This document shows, in pieces, positions 12,599 through 26,384 of a stretch of DNA of 64,000 nt. Location of the stretch: NCBI GenBank assembly GCA_038087875.1, contig CM075988.1, positions 5,146,001 through 5,210,000 of the forward strand, in the 5' to 3' direction. The first letter of the stretch is position 1; each line of letters begins with the position of its first letter. The notes beneath the pieces were generated by a model, which saw only the letters and a program-made list of their open reading frames with translations, was not told the origin of the DNA and ran no database searches. The position numbers and the translations under genes were made by a program. The DNA is from Malacoraja senta. Its lineage: Eukaryota.

Positions 12599-13264
12599 CC
12601 CGCCACGCCCAACCCTCTCTCATAAAAAAAGGTCATAATGGTAGTTCTCATGTTGATCATCTTAAATATGTTACTTCAATTATGGTGTTGTCTGTGATTT
12701 CATACCGCTGCTTTGAAGATTGACGCGCATGCGCCCTGACGGGTCTTCTTCACGTAATCACCAACGTAACTCCTCATAAAATAAAGATCAAACTTCAAAC
12801 TGGTAAGTTCTCGTTTAATCTTACTATTCTGCTCCTATCACTTATGAACTACCATTTCCACCTTGAAGCGCCGGTTCAGTCTCAACATTGCCCAAGAGAA
12901 TAACTCTTGTGATTCTGAACATCACTACTGACTTGCACAGATTTTAATTACAGTGATAAGTAATTATGGAGTCAAATGGCAATCGAGACCTGAAATTCTT
13001 ATTGGGAAGTTTAGCTCATCAAAGAGACCTTCTTTTGACCTATACTTGTTAGAAATCCGACTCTCATAGGAAAACAAAAATGGTCCAAGCACCTGAAGCC
13101 ATGGTGTTTCTTGGTTTAAAAATGACCAAAAAAACAACTTTGATATGACATTATTATCTTAATTAATTAGCTGAATAACTATGCTCCCACAAAACAGACA
13201 GACTCTCAATCCCAGATATCACACAATGGGCGGTGGGTATATGGAACGAACACCCAGAGGAGGG

Positions 13265-13795
13265 TCATTAGGTCATAAGTGATAGGAGTAGAATTAGGCC
13301 ATTTGGCCCATCAAGAATATTTCGCCATTCAATCATGGCTGATCTATCTCTCCCTCCTAACCCCATTTGTTTTCCATTCATAATTCATACTCATTCCTGG
13401 GTCATTCTTGTAAACCTCCTCTAGACCCTCTCTAGAGCCAGCACATCCTTCCTCAGATATGGTGCCCAAAATTGCTCACAATATTCCAAATGCAGCCCTA
13501 CCAAGCACCTTATAGAGCCTCAGCATTACATCCCTGTTTAATTATACAAGCCCCCTTGAAATAAATGCTGGCATTGAGTTTGCTTCTTTACTACCGATTC
13601 GACTTGCAGATTCACTTTTGGGGACTCCTGCATCAGCACTCCCAAGTCCCTTTGCACCTCCGATTTCTGGATTCTCTCCCCATTTAGAAAATAGTCTATG
13701 CCTTTATTCCTACTGCCAAAAAATGCATGACTCCACACTTTGCGACCCTATATTCCATCTACCACTTCTCTGCCACTTTTCCAACCTGTCCAAGA
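13265..13795 (-). mobile_element. CR1/HER1 fragment, internally deleted
   Basis: YFLNGERIQKSEVQRDLGV plus 3' UTR. Confidence 0.8.
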
Positions 13796-14179
13796 GTTGA
13801 GGCAGGTGCATTAACAAAATTTAAAAGGCATGGATTGGAAAGGGATATGGGCCTAACTCAGGCAGGTCTAATGTCGGTGGGACATCTTGGTCAGCATAGG
13901 AAAATTGGGCTGAAGGGCCTGCTTCCACACTGTACAACCTAATGGCTCTATGACTCTAACTATCCGGGGCATTTGTTTGTAATTTACAAATCCAGCTATC
14001 GCCAGAATGATGACCATGAATCTGTAGAAATGCACTACACCAATATGTCCTTAACGCACCTCACCCAGTCTTTTTGATTTATGAAATTTCATTTAATGCA
14101 AACATTTCAAGGAATGCATCACTTTTATAAATGAAGGAATACCTGTTTACTGTCCATTGTACTGAGCCACCTGCCATCA

Positions 14180-14755
14180 AAGAAACAGAAATATAGAAAA
14201 TAGGTGCAGGAGGAGGCCATTCGGCCCTTCGAGCCAGCACCGCCATTCATTGTGATCATGGCTGATCGTCCCCTATCAATAACCCGTGCCTGCCTTCTCC
14301 TCATATCCATTGACCCCACTAGCCCCTAGAGCTCTATCTAACTCTCTCTTAATTCCATCCAGTGATTTGGCCTCCACTGCCCTCTGTGGCAGGGAATTCC
14401 ATAAATTCACAACTCTCTGGGTGAAAAAGTTTTTTCTCACATGGCCTCCCCTTTATTCTAAGACTGTGGCCCCTGGTTCTGGACTCGACCAACATTTGGA
14501 ACATTTTTCCTGCATCTAGCTTGTCCAGTCCTTTTAATATTTTATATGTTTCTATAAGATCCCCCTCATCCTTCTAAACTCCAGTGAATACAAACCTAGT
14601 CTTTTCAATCTTTCCTCATATGACAGTCCCGCCATCCCAGGGATCAATCTCGTGAACCTACGCTGCACTGCCTCAATCACAAGGATGTCCTTCCTCAAAT
14701 TAGGAGACCAAAACTGTACACAATACTCCAGATGTGGTGTCATCAGAGCCCTATA
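14180..14755 (-). mobile_element. CR1/HER1 3' fragment
   Basis: PHLEYCVQFWSPNLRKD..YEERLKRLGLYSLEFRR; (TTTCTATG)-type tail. Confidence 0.9.
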
Positions 14756-15489
14756 CATCGACGCAGCTTCTTCAGGTTTTTTTCCATTTAGAGATACAGC
14801 GCGGAAACAGGCCCACCGAGTCCTCACGGCCAGCGATCCCCGCACATTAACATTACCCTACACACACTAGGGACAATTTTACACTTATACCGAGCCAATT
14901 AACCTACAAACCTGTACGTCTTTGGAGTTTGGGAGGAAAACTGAAGATCTCTGAGAAAACCCACGCAGATCATGGGGAAGAACATACAAACTCGGTACAG
15001 ACAGCAACCGTAGTCGAGATCGAACACACGTCACAAGCTCTTATTTTTATCCCATAGAATAACTCCTCCAACAACATTCAAATATTGTGTAACCAGTTAA
15101 TTCAATTACTTAATGCAATGTGTCGTCTTCCATCCTGCCTTCCCTTGGTGCTGTTGCTGCACGATCCTTCGCAATAACTTTTTAATGATTTCCCTGGTGT
15201 AGGTGGTTAGAATGCTGACCAGCTCTGTGGTCTCAATGGGATTCATGTACCATCACGTATTGCATTGAAAATTACTGTCAACTGCATTTTTCTTGCTGCA
15301 GCCTTCTACAAGCAATAAAAATTATCGGATTTTACGACATAGAAGGAAGCTCTAGTCCAGCTTTCCAATTATCTTGATTTAATGAGCGAGCTAATTAGTA
15401 CCACTTCCTTGCACGTTCACTGGAAGTATCTCCCTTTCAAATCCATATTTCAGGTTGTTTTGAGTGTTATTGAGCCTACTTTAACTTTC

Positions 15490-15862
15490 CTCATTGAAAC
15501 TTACCGAATAGTGAAAGGCTTGGGACCGAGTGGATGTAGAGAGGATGTTTCCACTGGTGGGAGATTCTAGGACTAGAGCTCACAGCCTCAGAATTAAAGG
15601 GGATGAGGAGGAATTTCTTTAGTCAGCGGGTGGTGAATCTGTGGAATTCTTTGCTACAGAAGATTGTGGAGGCCAAGTCAATGGATATTTTTAAGGCCGA
15701 GATGGATAGATTCTTGATTAGTTCGGGTGTCAGGGGTTATGTGGAGAAGGCTGGAGAATGGGGTTAGGAGGGAGATAGATCAGCCATAATTGTATGGCAG
15801 AATAGACTTGATGGGCCGAATGGCCTAATTCTGCATCTATCACTTGTGAGCTTATGACCTTC
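15490..15862 (+). mobile_element. CR1/HER1 3' fragment
   Basis: LIETYRIVKG motif and the CR1 3' UTR. Confidence 0.85.
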
Positions 15863-16025
15863 CTTTCGAACAGTATATTACAATTCTTGATGGTTCATTG
15901 ATACCTCCTCATCCCCCACTCATTATCTTGCATGTGCGCCTTTGGTTACGGAGTCCCCTGCCAGTTAAAAGAGATCCTCCCTACTTCATTAGTCCACTTC
16001 ATGATTTTGAAAACTTCTATTAAAT

Positions 16026-16376
16026 AGTTTAGTTTAGTTAGTTTGAGTTTAGTTTAGTTTAGTTTAGTTTAGTTTAGTTTAGTTTAGAGAAACAGCGTGG
16101 AAACAGGCCCTTTGGCTCATTGAGTCCACGCCAACCATCGATCACCCGTACAGTAGATCTATGTCCTACACACATGGGGATAATTTACAGAAGCCAATTA
16201 ACTTACAAAATTACACGTTTTTGGAATGCAGGAGGAAACCGGAGTACCCGGAGAAAACCCACACGGTCACAGGGAGAATGGACAAACTCTGCACAGACAA
16301 CAACTGGAGTCAGGATCAAACCCGGGTTTCTGGAGCTGTGAGGCAGCAGCTCTCCCGCTGCACCACTGTGCTGCCC
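16026..16376 (-). mobile_element. HE1/V-SINE-type SINE with long (CTAAA)n tail
   Basis: Same architecture as 4574-4912. Further copies at about 7049-7280, 14785-15030, 19785-20082, 23690-23957, 30581-30891, 35935-36228, 36503-36809, 37606-37901, 39803-40103, 44138-44430 and 56908-57198. Confidence 0.88.
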
Positions 16377-17789
16377 ATTGTTCATGAATGACACAGAAAT
16401 TGCCCAATAACCTTATCTGCTCTGAGAACAATTCGTTTAGTCTCTCCGTGTGAATCCATTGTCCCTAGTTCCAGCGTAATAAACCTCGGAATCTTCTCTA
16501 GTATATTTATACCATTCCAGTGTGGTGGTTGAAAGACTGGATGGAATTCCTCTGTCCAGCGAATGAATTATGAATGGAAAACGCTAGTCAACAGGTCAAG
16601 TAGCGTCCATGGATGATCAGGGTCGCCTTGCAGACTGAATGCTGTGTTCAGACAGTGAGTTGTCCTGAGATGTCAAGCTTTCCCTAAATGTGTGATTAGT
16701 GCAGCTTCAATGACTTTCAAAAGAAAATGGCATATTCTTCTGCAGAGGAAATATCTATAGTGCAAGTGCAGAGTGGGCCTGTTTATCAATTGCCTGTCAA
16801 TACTCTGTACCAAATCCATATTGACCTTCAAGTGCTTTCCAGATTGTCACTTGGAGTAGAATGGAGGCTGAAGGATTAGTTTGATTTGGCATCATGTTCG
16901 GCACAGACATGGTGAGTCAAAGGGCCTGTTGCTGTGCTGTACTGTCCCTTGTTCTACACGATACGATATGATGCGATTCCCCCACCTCTACACCACAGCG
17001 ACTTACTCTCACTCACCCTCTTTCATGCCTTCTTTTCACTAACCTTCACCAGGGATCATTTATAGCAGCCGTTAACCTACCAGCATCCCTCTGGGATTTG
17101 GTGTTCAAGTCGGGGCATCTGGGAGAAACCCATATAGTAATGGAAAGAACCTGCCAACTCCTCACAAAGAGCACCTGATGTCAGGATCGAACACAGGACC
17201 CTGGAACTGAGAGGCAACAGAGCAAGCTACAGTACCATCATCCTGCCCTCTGTCTTTGACATCTGCATTGGTCCACAGCAATGGCCACTACAAGCCCATC
17301 ACCTCTCTGGGCACACTGAAGCCCTCAGGACTCCACATCGAATTCAACAAGGCCATGTTCATCCACAAGTGTGCCTGTACCTTCCTCTTTCAATGTCTTT
17401 CTTTTTTTTCTCATCTGTCTCAAACAGCAGGTTGATAAAGTAATTGCTGCCTTCATGTCTTTGATCTGCACTTGACACAGTCATTCACCCTGTTCTCTTG
17501 CCTGTTCCCCTCACTCCAATATAATGCACACCCTTTCATCTCTTCACCAGATCTGACGAAGGGAGGTTGAGGAGAAGGCAGTGGAATAAAATTGAATTTG
17601 TGCAGGATTATGGATAGGATCATGCTTAGAAAGGGTTAAAGAGAATGGGTCAAGTGCAGGTAAATGGGCCTAGCTTAAATGAGCATGGACAAGTTGGGCC
17701 GAAGGGCCAGCTTGCTCACTGTACAACTCTTTATGAAGCTATAGCTTCATCAAGCATTACAGCATCATTAAAGCAGCATACATAGAACA

Positions 17790-18435
17790 CCAAACAACAT
17801 AGGAACAGACATTTAATCCCACAATATACCAGACATGAAGGGGACATGTTGAAACTAATCTCTTCTGCAGCACATGATCCATGTACCATCACTCCCTGCA
17901 TATATCTGAATCTATTTAAAAGTCTCTTAATAACCACCATCGTATCTGCTTCTACCAACACCCAAAGCATGATGATCTAGGCACCAACCACTCTGTGTAA
18001 AATCCTTCCTTCTCTCCAGAGATTCTGCCTGTCGCGTTGAGTTACTCCACCATTTTGCGTCTATCTTCAATGTAAACAGCATCTGCAGTTCCTCCCTACA
18101 CTTGAAATATGCATCTCCTTTAAACATTCTATATCTCACCATAAAGCCATGCCTTCTAGTATTTGACTTTTACACCCTGGGAAAAAGTTTCAGGTTATCA
18201 TGGCTCTCATAATTTTATATACCTCTATCAGGTCTCCCTTCAGCCTCTGGCACTCCATAGAAAACAATCCAAGATCGTCCAACGTCTCCTTATAAGTAAT
18301 ATTCTCTAATCCAGTCAGCATTTTGGTAAACCTTTTCTGCACCCTCTCCAAAGCCTTCCCATTCTTCCTGTAAGGGGGCAACCAGAGCTGCACATAGTCC
18401 GCCAAATGCAGCCTAACCAAAGTTCTATAACCAGT
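17790..18435 (-). mobile_element. Older CR1 3' fragment with PLE insertions
   Basis: LVRLHLADYVQLWLP..LERVQKRFTKML..GDLIEVYKIM. Confidence 0.8.
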
Positions 18436-18637
18436 GGTACACAAAAATGCTGGAGAAACTCAGCGGGTGCAGCAGCATCTATGGAGCGAAGGTAATAGGC
18501 AACGTTTCGGGCCGAAACCCTGCTTCCGAAACGTTGTCTATTTCCTTCGCTCCATAGATGCTGCTGCACCCGCTGAGTTTCTCCAGCATTTTTGTATACC
18601 TTCGCTTTTCCAGCATCTGCAGTTCCTTCTTTAACAC
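18436..18637. mobile_element. Fold-back PLE mini-insertion (type B) with 14-bp TSD
   Basis: Near-perfect palindrome; TSD GTTCTATAACCAGT at 18422-18435 and 18638-18651. Confidence 0.88.
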
Positions 18638-19039
18638 GTTCTATAACCAGTCTTGGCCTCACCATGTCAGCAATGTTGCATTTGTCATTTTGCACTCTCT
18701 CTAAAACTTCGAACAAACTTTCCCCATTTGTGCTTGGAACATTGCCTTTGTTTCTCTTTCCACTGATGCTGTCTGATCTTCTGAGCATTTCCAGCGTTTT
18801 TTGTTTTTATTTAATATTTCCACCATTTTCCTTTGATTTCCATTTACAGGGGTTGAGAACAGTTGACTAACAGTGTTTAACCGAGGAAGTAGCAATCTGG
18901 GTCAAAATGGGCCCACTGGCAGCAAGCAGGGGGCAGTGGTTTTTTTGAGACTGGAAGGATATTGCTCGTCAAGACCCCAGGGCTTAGTACTGACTTTCTG
19001 GCATTTTGTTATGAACGGTCAGAACTTAAAGTAGAGGAA

Positions 19040-19783
19040 GCAAGGACTCTGCAGAAGAACTGGACAGGTTAGGAGAGTGGGCAGAGAAGTGGCAGATGAA
19101 ATTCAGTATAGTAAAGTGCAGTCATGCATTTTGATAATAATAAGATTGTTTTCTAAATGGAGAGAGAATCCAGAAATCGGAGGTGCAAAGGGTTTGGGGG
19201 GTGCTGGTCCCAAAAAGTTAATTTGCAAGTCAAATCGGTAGTAAGGAAGGCAAATTCAATGCTAGCATTTACTGTGAGCAAATTTGGGCCCTATATCTGA
19301 GGAAGGATGTGCTGGATCTGGAGAGAGTCCAGAGGAAGTTGATAAGAATGAGTAGGTTAGGCAAGGATTAGAAGGTTGATTAGGCTGGAGTGTAGAAGGT
19401 TGAGGGGGGGACCTCATTGAAACTTACAGAATAATGAAAGGCATAGATAGAGTGGATGTGGAAAGGATGTTTTCACTGGTGGGAGAGTCTAGGACCAGAG
19501 GTCATAGGGAATTATAGGATGCTCTTTTAGAAAGGAGGTTTGGAGGAACTTCTTTAGTCAGAGGGTAGTTAATCTGTGGAACACATTGCCACCGAGGGCT
19601 GTGGAGGCCAAGTCAGTGGATATTTTTAAGGCAGAGATGGACATATTCTTGAATAGAACGGGTGTCAAGAGTTACGGGGGGAGGCAGGAAAATGGGATTA
19701 GGAGGCAAAGATCAGCGATGATTGAATGGCGGAGTAGATTCGATTGGCCGAATGGCCTAATTCTACTCCTATAACTTATGACT
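19040..19783 (+). mobile_element. CR1/HER1 fragment, internally deleted
   Basis: GACAGGTTAGGAGAGTGGGCAGAGAAGTGGCAGATG through the 3' UTR. Confidence 0.85.
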
Positions 19784-20409
19784 TAGTTTAGCTTAGTTTT
19801 GAGATACAGTGTGCAAACAGGCCTTCCGGACCACCGAGACCAACTAGTCATCCCCATATACATACACTATCCTGCACACACTAGGGATAATTTACAATTC
19901 TTTCCAAAGCCCAAATAACCTACAAACCTTTACATCTTTGAATAGCGGAGGAAACTGGATTTTCCGGAGAAAACCCACAGTCACAGGGAGAACGTATAAA
20001 CTCCATACAGACTCCATATAGTCAGGATCAAACCAGGGTCTCTGGCATTATAAGGCAGCAACTCTACCGCTGTGCCACTGTGACATCCTCATTCCAGTTT
20101 CCTCCCACCCCTCCCTATGCTGTCCCACATTTCCCTTTTATCTCCATTCTTTCCCTTCTCCCCTGTCCCTATCCTCCCTCAGGCTTTACATTTCACTCCT
20201 CTTCTTCCTTCCTTATCTGACACCCTTTTGCCTCCATTTCACTTCTAGCCTTCGTCAATATCTCCACTCAAGTGGCAATCACCCCTCCTTTGTTCTACCT
20301 CCACTTCTCTTTACCAGCTTTCTCCCATCACTCCATTAGGGTCTGGACCGGAAATATCATGTGTCCATCCCCTCAACAAATGACCCGCTGAGTTCCTCCA
20401 GCACTATGT

Positions 20410-20593
20410 TTAAGAAGGAACTGCAGATGCTGGAAAATCGAAGGTAGACAAAAATGCTGGAGAAACTCAGCAGGTGAGGCTGCATCTATGGAGCGAAGGA
20501 AATAGGCAACGTTTCGGGCCAAAACTTTGCCTATTTCCTTCGCTCCATAGATGCTGCCTCACCCGCTGAGTTTCTCCAGCACTTTTGTCTACC
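20410..20593. mobile_element. Fold-back PLE mini-insertion (type B) with ~16-bp TSD
   Basis: Palindromic arms; TSD TCCTCCAGCACT(A/T)TGT at 20394-20409 and 20594-20609. Confidence 0.85.
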
Positions 20594-20659
20594 TCCTCCA
20601 GCACTTTGTTTTTTACTTAACATTCCAACATCTGCAGTTTCTTGTATCCCCTGTCTGAC

Positions 20660-21250
20660 TAATTTGATTGAAATGTTCGGAGGCAGCTAAACGTATTGGT
20701 GACGGTGGTGTGGTTGATGTAGTGTACATGGTCTACAACAGCCCTTTAACAAGGTCCCACAGGGAAGGTTGGTCCGAAAGGTAAAGGTGATGGAATCCAG
20801 GGCAAATTGGATCTGATTGATTGTAAGTGGCAGCGGCTCATGCTTGATGGATGTTTTTATGAATGGCTGTGACCAGTGGTGTACCACAGGAATCGATGCT
20901 GGGACCCTTATGGTTTACTAAATGCATTAGCAATCTAGATTTGTACATCGGATTAGCAAATTTGCGGATGACATGAAGATTGATGGTGCTGTTGTGGGTA
21001 ATCTTTGCCTGAAGAATGATAATGATACCCTGGCAAAATGGGCAGAGCAATGGTACATGGAATTTAATCCTGAAAAATGTGAAGTGTTGCATTTTGCAAA
21101 GGGATACAAGGCTGGGATATGATGGATGGTTGAACTGTTGGAGGTATTGAGCAACAGAGGAACCATCATGAGCATGCCCAATGATCACTGAAGGTAACTG
21201 GACAGGTAAATAAGGAGGTTAAGGATGTATATGTGATATTTGTCTTTATT
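20660..21250 (+). mobile_element. Old CR1 RT-region fragment
   Basis: Decayed SGVPQESMLGP and SKFADD motifs at 20876-20972. Confidence 0.75.
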
Positions 21251-21289
21251 AGCCAGGGTAGAAGACCAAGGGATGCCATAATAAAACAT

Positions 21290-21905
21290 GTATCAAATAG
21301 GTTAAGCAGAGGTTCACTTGCACCTCCTCCAACCTCATCTACTGTATCCGTTGTTCAAGATGTGGACTCTTGTACATCGGCGACACCAAACGCAGACTGG
21401 GCGATCGTTTCACTGAACACCGTTGCTCAGTCCGCCTGACCCTACCTGATCTCCCGGTTGATAAACACTTTAATTCAACTACCCATTCCCACACAGACCT
21501 TTCTGTCCTTGGCCTCCTCCATTGTCAGAGTGAGGCTAAATGCAAATTGAAAGAACAGCGCCTCATGTTCTGCTTGGGCAGCTTACAACCCAGTGGTATC
21601 AATTTTGATTTCTTTAACTTCAAGTAACCCCGGCATTCCCTCTCTCTCCATTCCTCCCCCACACAAGTCACACCAGTTTCTCATTCTCATCTAGCAAACA
21701 GCTAACAATGGCCAGTTTCCTTTATCATTGTAACTTTTTTGCATATCTTTCATTCAATTGTTCAATATCTCTCTACTTCACCGTCTATATATCTTGTTTC
21801 CCTTTCCCCTGACTCTAGTCTGAAGAAGGGTCTCGACTCAAAACATCACCCATTCCTTCTATCCAAAGATGCTGCCTGTCTCGCTGAGGTTTTGTGTCTA
21901 TCTGT
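21290..21905 (+). mobile_element. Neptune PLE 3' fragment (GIY-YIG endonuclease end plus 3' repeat)
   Basis: ORF 21370-21627 YIGDTKRRLGDRFTEH..PVDKHFN..EQRLMFCLGSLQPSGIN, followed by a decayed hammerhead repeat at ~21820. Confidence 0.85.
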
Positions 21906-24251
21906 ATCAAACAGTAGTTGGACCACAACTGGAGTACTATGTGCAATTCTAGTCACCACACTGTAGGCAAGATGTGATTGTACTGGTGAGGATGCTAAGG
22001 AGATTAACTTGAGGAATTGGAGGCGCAGCACCTGATATTTTACTTGGATAGCTTATAACTTAATGGTATGAACACTGAATTTTCCAAATTTAGGTAACTA
22101 AGCTCCTCTCTTTATTTATTTGTTTTCCCTTCTCTCTCTCTTCCATCTGGATTTACTCCCAATTCTCCCCTTCCATCTCTTCCTGTCCCCTTCCACTTAT
22201 ATTCTTTCCTCTTGCTTTACAATTGCACTTCTCTCCTTATCTCACATCTTTTGTCTTTTGTTCTCTGGCGTTTGACCAACCATCTGCTTATCAAAAACAT
22301 CCCTCACCTGTGTCCACCTATCAGCCGCCACACTTTGTCCCGTTCCCACCTCTCTTCCAGCTTTTCCCTCCTCCAACACAATCCATCTGTAGTCCTGACC
22401 TGAAACATCATCTTTTCATGTTCTTTAGAGATCCTGCCTGACCCACTGAGATAGTCCAGCATTTAGTTTAGTTTAGTTTATTGTCACGTGTACTGAGGTA
22501 CAGTGAATAGCTTGTGTTGTCTGCTACCCATTCAGTGCAAAGCCAATACATGATTGCAATCGAGCCATTCACATGATAGTGGGGAATAATGGGAATAACG
22601 TTATAAGCCTTCTAAGGAAGTAGAGGAGTTGGTGCGCTTTCATCGATATAGCTAGTCCAGGACATGTTGCTGGTGATATTTACTCCTAGGAACTTAAAGC
22701 TTTCAACCATCTCTACTTTGGCACCATCAATGTACACTGAGTATAAACACAAAATGCTGGAGTAACTCAGCGAGACAGGGAGCATCTCGGGATGGAACGA
22801 ATGGATGTCGTTTCGGGTCGAGTCCCTTCTTCAGACTGAGAATGAAGGGAGAGGGAGACACGGAGATATGGAAGGGTAAGGTGTGAAAACGAGACATCAA
22901 AGGGGATTAGCTTCAAGGAAAATGTAGAATAGATTATTGTCAGCTAGGGGAAGGTGACAGTGAAGCATGCAAAGATAAAATTTAATCAGGAGGGCGGCAG
23001 ACTTGTCAGATGGGGCAGGGATGGAGAGAGATGGAAACACTAATAAATGTATTAGAACAACAAACCATGGATGAAGTCTCACAAGAATTTTACCAGAGAA
23101 TTTACGTCATTTTAATCCATCACAATCAGAAATATACATCCCATGCTTTCAGTCACTCTGCCCCAAAGAGACAGTGGGCATGTAAATTGTCATAAAGATA
23201 TTGACTAAATGCAGCAACAATCGGAGCTGGTTGGATCAGGTAATATCAGATTATTTTGTCTGTGGGCAGAGAGTGTTCAATCAGGACTATTTGGCACACA
23301 GGCCCTGATGGTGGATGGTGTGGGCGGAATAGTCACAACTACAGAAACGAACGTGAAACAGTTTTAATCTGGACACACATTCAGAGGTGTAGGCAATGTC
23401 CTTGTGTCAAGAAACAGGAGGTCCCACGAGACAAGGGATAAGAGGGTCACTGGGGTGGAAGAGGGACAAATGTTGCTCTATCAAAACACAAAGTCGTGGG
23501 AAAGCTCATCAGCTCAGGCTGCATCTGGGGATTGAATGGGCGGGTGACATTTCATTCAGTCTGAAGAAGGATCCCAACCCGATATCTCACCTCTCCATTC
23601 CCTCCACAGGTGCTGCCTGACCCATTGAGTTATTCCAGCGCTCCGGTTTCACTCAAAATTCCAGCATCTTGAGGGAGGCACAGTCCTTGTGTCACAACAC
23701 CTGAGACCCCGGTTCAATCCCAAACTCGGGTGCTGTCTGTGAGGAGTTTGCACGTTCTAATTGTGACCACAAAGGTTTCCTCCCACATCCCAAAGATGCA
23801 CAGATTGGATGGTTAATTGACCGTCTATAACTTGTCCGGAATGTGTAGAGAGTGGGTGAGAAAGTGAGATAACATAGAATTTGTGAGAATGGGTGTCCGA
23901 TGCTCAGCTGGGGCTGAAGGGCCAGGTTCCATACTGTATCTCTGAACTAAACTAAACATCTGCAATTCTTTGTGTCTCCAATATATCCCATCTCATGGCC
24001 ATTAGTTTGTGCAGCAGTCTTTCTAGTGCATTTGATTGAATGCCTTCTGAACCTTCAAACACGTTCTATCCATTAGCTTCTTTTTATCCACCCTCTTAGT
24101 TGCAATCGCAAATTCTGTTACATTTTTAAAATGTGATTTTTCTTTCATCAAATCCTTAGATTCGTCATAACATTGTTCGAAGCATTGAAAGCAATTGATC
24201 AGTTGTCATCAATCAAAAACAATGTGGCCATTAATCATAGTGAGGCCATTC

Positions 24252-24886
24252 AGGGCAGCAGAGTAGCGCAGCAATGAAACTGCTGCCTCAGCACCAGCGA
24301 CCCGGTTTAATCCTGACCTCCGGAGCTGTCTGTGTGGAGTTTGCAAGTTATCACTTTGACCATGTGGGTTTCCTGTGAGTGCTCCGGTTTCCTCCCATAT
24401 CCCAAAGATGTGCTGGATTGTGGGTTAATTGGCCTCTAGTTTTTAGTTTAGTTTAGTTTAGTTTAGAGATACAGCGCGGAAACAGGCCCTTCGGTCCACC
24501 TAGTCCGCACTGACCAGCGATCCCTGCATACTAACACTGTCCTACACACACTCGGGACAATTTCACATTTATATTCAAGCCAATTAAACTACAAACCTGT
24601 ACATCTTTGGACTGTGGGAGGAAATTGAAGAAGTCGGTGAAAACCCATGCAGGTCACGGGGAGAACATGCAAATTCCGTGCAGACAGTACCCGTAGTCAG
24701 GATCGAACTCTGGTCTCGGACCTGGCGCTGTAAGGCAGTAGCTCTACCGAAGCGCCACTGTACCATACTGGTGTGTAGGGATGGATGAGAAAGTGGGATA
24801 ACATAGAGCTAGTGAGAACGGTTGGTTATTGGTCGGTGTGGACTTGGTGGGTCAAACGGCCTATTTCCAAGTTGTATCTCTAAATT
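24252..24886 (+). mobile_element. HE1 SINE (+) interrupted by a second HE1 (-, 24437-24765) and by DIRS copy 2 in its tail
   Basis: Head 24252-24435; body resumes at 24770; tail remnant AAACTAAA at 29253-29260. Confidence 0.8.
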
Positions 24887-26384
24887 TTACTTCGGAGTCA
24901 CGTGAGTGACTACGTGAAGAGCCCGTCCAGCACGCATGCGCGACATTAGTGTTCACGCAGTGCAACAGCGACGAACGGGAGTACAGGCGCTCCCGCTACA
25001 CGTCGGTGGAAAATAAACAGCGGACCATCAGGTAAGTTTTACACTGAGGTCGTAATCAGCAAGCTGTGCTCTGCTCTGTATTCCAGGGGACTGTGAAAAT
25101 GAGCAGCACGGCAAAGGAAGAAAACCGCCCCCCGTTTGACTCCAACAGAACGGGAGTGTTCCATCAGTGGGGGGCGAGAGGCGGCACCTGGACCGCACAT
25201 GCTGCGGCACACCCTCATCGAGACCGAGCTGAGCCCAGTCCCGCTAGCGCAGCCTGACCAACAGCAGCGGGCTGGAGGCAAATCAAGGCACAAAACATAC
25301 CGGCCGGTTATGTCTGACTCCGATGAGGAGGCTCTCCGCCTTAGAGCGGCAGAGCTAGCTGCCTGAGCCGCATGGAAAGGCTCATGGAGCAAATGCTCCA
25401 GCGAGACTTGCTTCGGGAGCTGGAGCAGTCTCGCCAAGGGAACTCAGGCACTCCCACATCAGTGCTCTACAAGGCACTGGCCATCGCTTTCCCCTCAAAG
25501 CAGGGCAGCGTTGGCGACCAGGGCTGGGCTGGTCAGGAACAGGGGTCATTGGCTGAAGATGTCGGGAGTACGCTTGGGGTACAGGATCAGGAAGAGCTGC
25601 TGGGTGTGGAGATTCGCTACGTGGTTACACCACGAGCAGGGCGGCCGTTGCAGCCAAAACTGGCGGCCAGCATTAACCACCTGTCCCTCAAACCCCTACA
25701 AGACTAGGTACTTAATGAGGCACTAGAGCTGGAAAACTGCAGTTCGCTCAATGTACCGGCTGTTAACAGTCAAATCTGGGGGGGGGGGTATGTGGGACAG
25801 AGTATCCGAAACCAGGAGCTAAAATCCTCAAGCTCCTGACGACAGGGATAACAGCCTATGCTCGTTCCGTGGATGGGGTGGATATGACCACAAACCAGCA
25901 AGACACTCTGGCTCAGCTGTGCAACACCCAATATGAGATAAACAACCTCCGCAAGGAGAGAATAAGACCTGCCCTCAATCCCAGGTTTGCAGGACTGTGT
26001 AAAACACCGGCCTCAGAGCCGCAGATCCTGTTATTTGGAAGGGCAAGTGAAAGACCTGGAGGAGAGTCCAAAGCATTTTGCCTCATGAGGGCAGGCCCCG
26101 GAACGAGCAGACCCACACAAAAACCAGACGGCAGTACCCCACCGCGTCCACCAGTCGAGGACAAATTTATGGAACTGGTGAAAGCTCGGGGTCCGCATAT
26201 TATCCCCGAAAGCCTTTTTAGGCCAGGCCCCATGGAAAATGCACCACCCCCAATCAACGGTACATCCAGCAGTACTACGACGGATGAACAAACGGAAGAA
26301 GGAACACTACCATAACTATGGAGGTAGGAGGGTATGGTTCCTACCAGCATGTAAAAATGGGGGAACTGTACTAACAGGGGGGAG

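Larger units (their letters stand above)
8411..12828 (+). mobile_element. DIRS1-type tyrosine-recombinase retrotransposon, full-length but decayed (copy 1)
   Basis: Left end ATTTTACTTCGGAGTCACGTGAGTGAC; ~36-bp ITR pair (8438-8472 / 12721-12756); ICR 12488-12598 complementary to both termini; decayed gag, RT, RNase H, MT and YR in DIRS order; joined flanks rebuild a CR1 3' UTR (CCTA-ATT-CTGCTCCTATCACTTATGA). Confidence 0.95.
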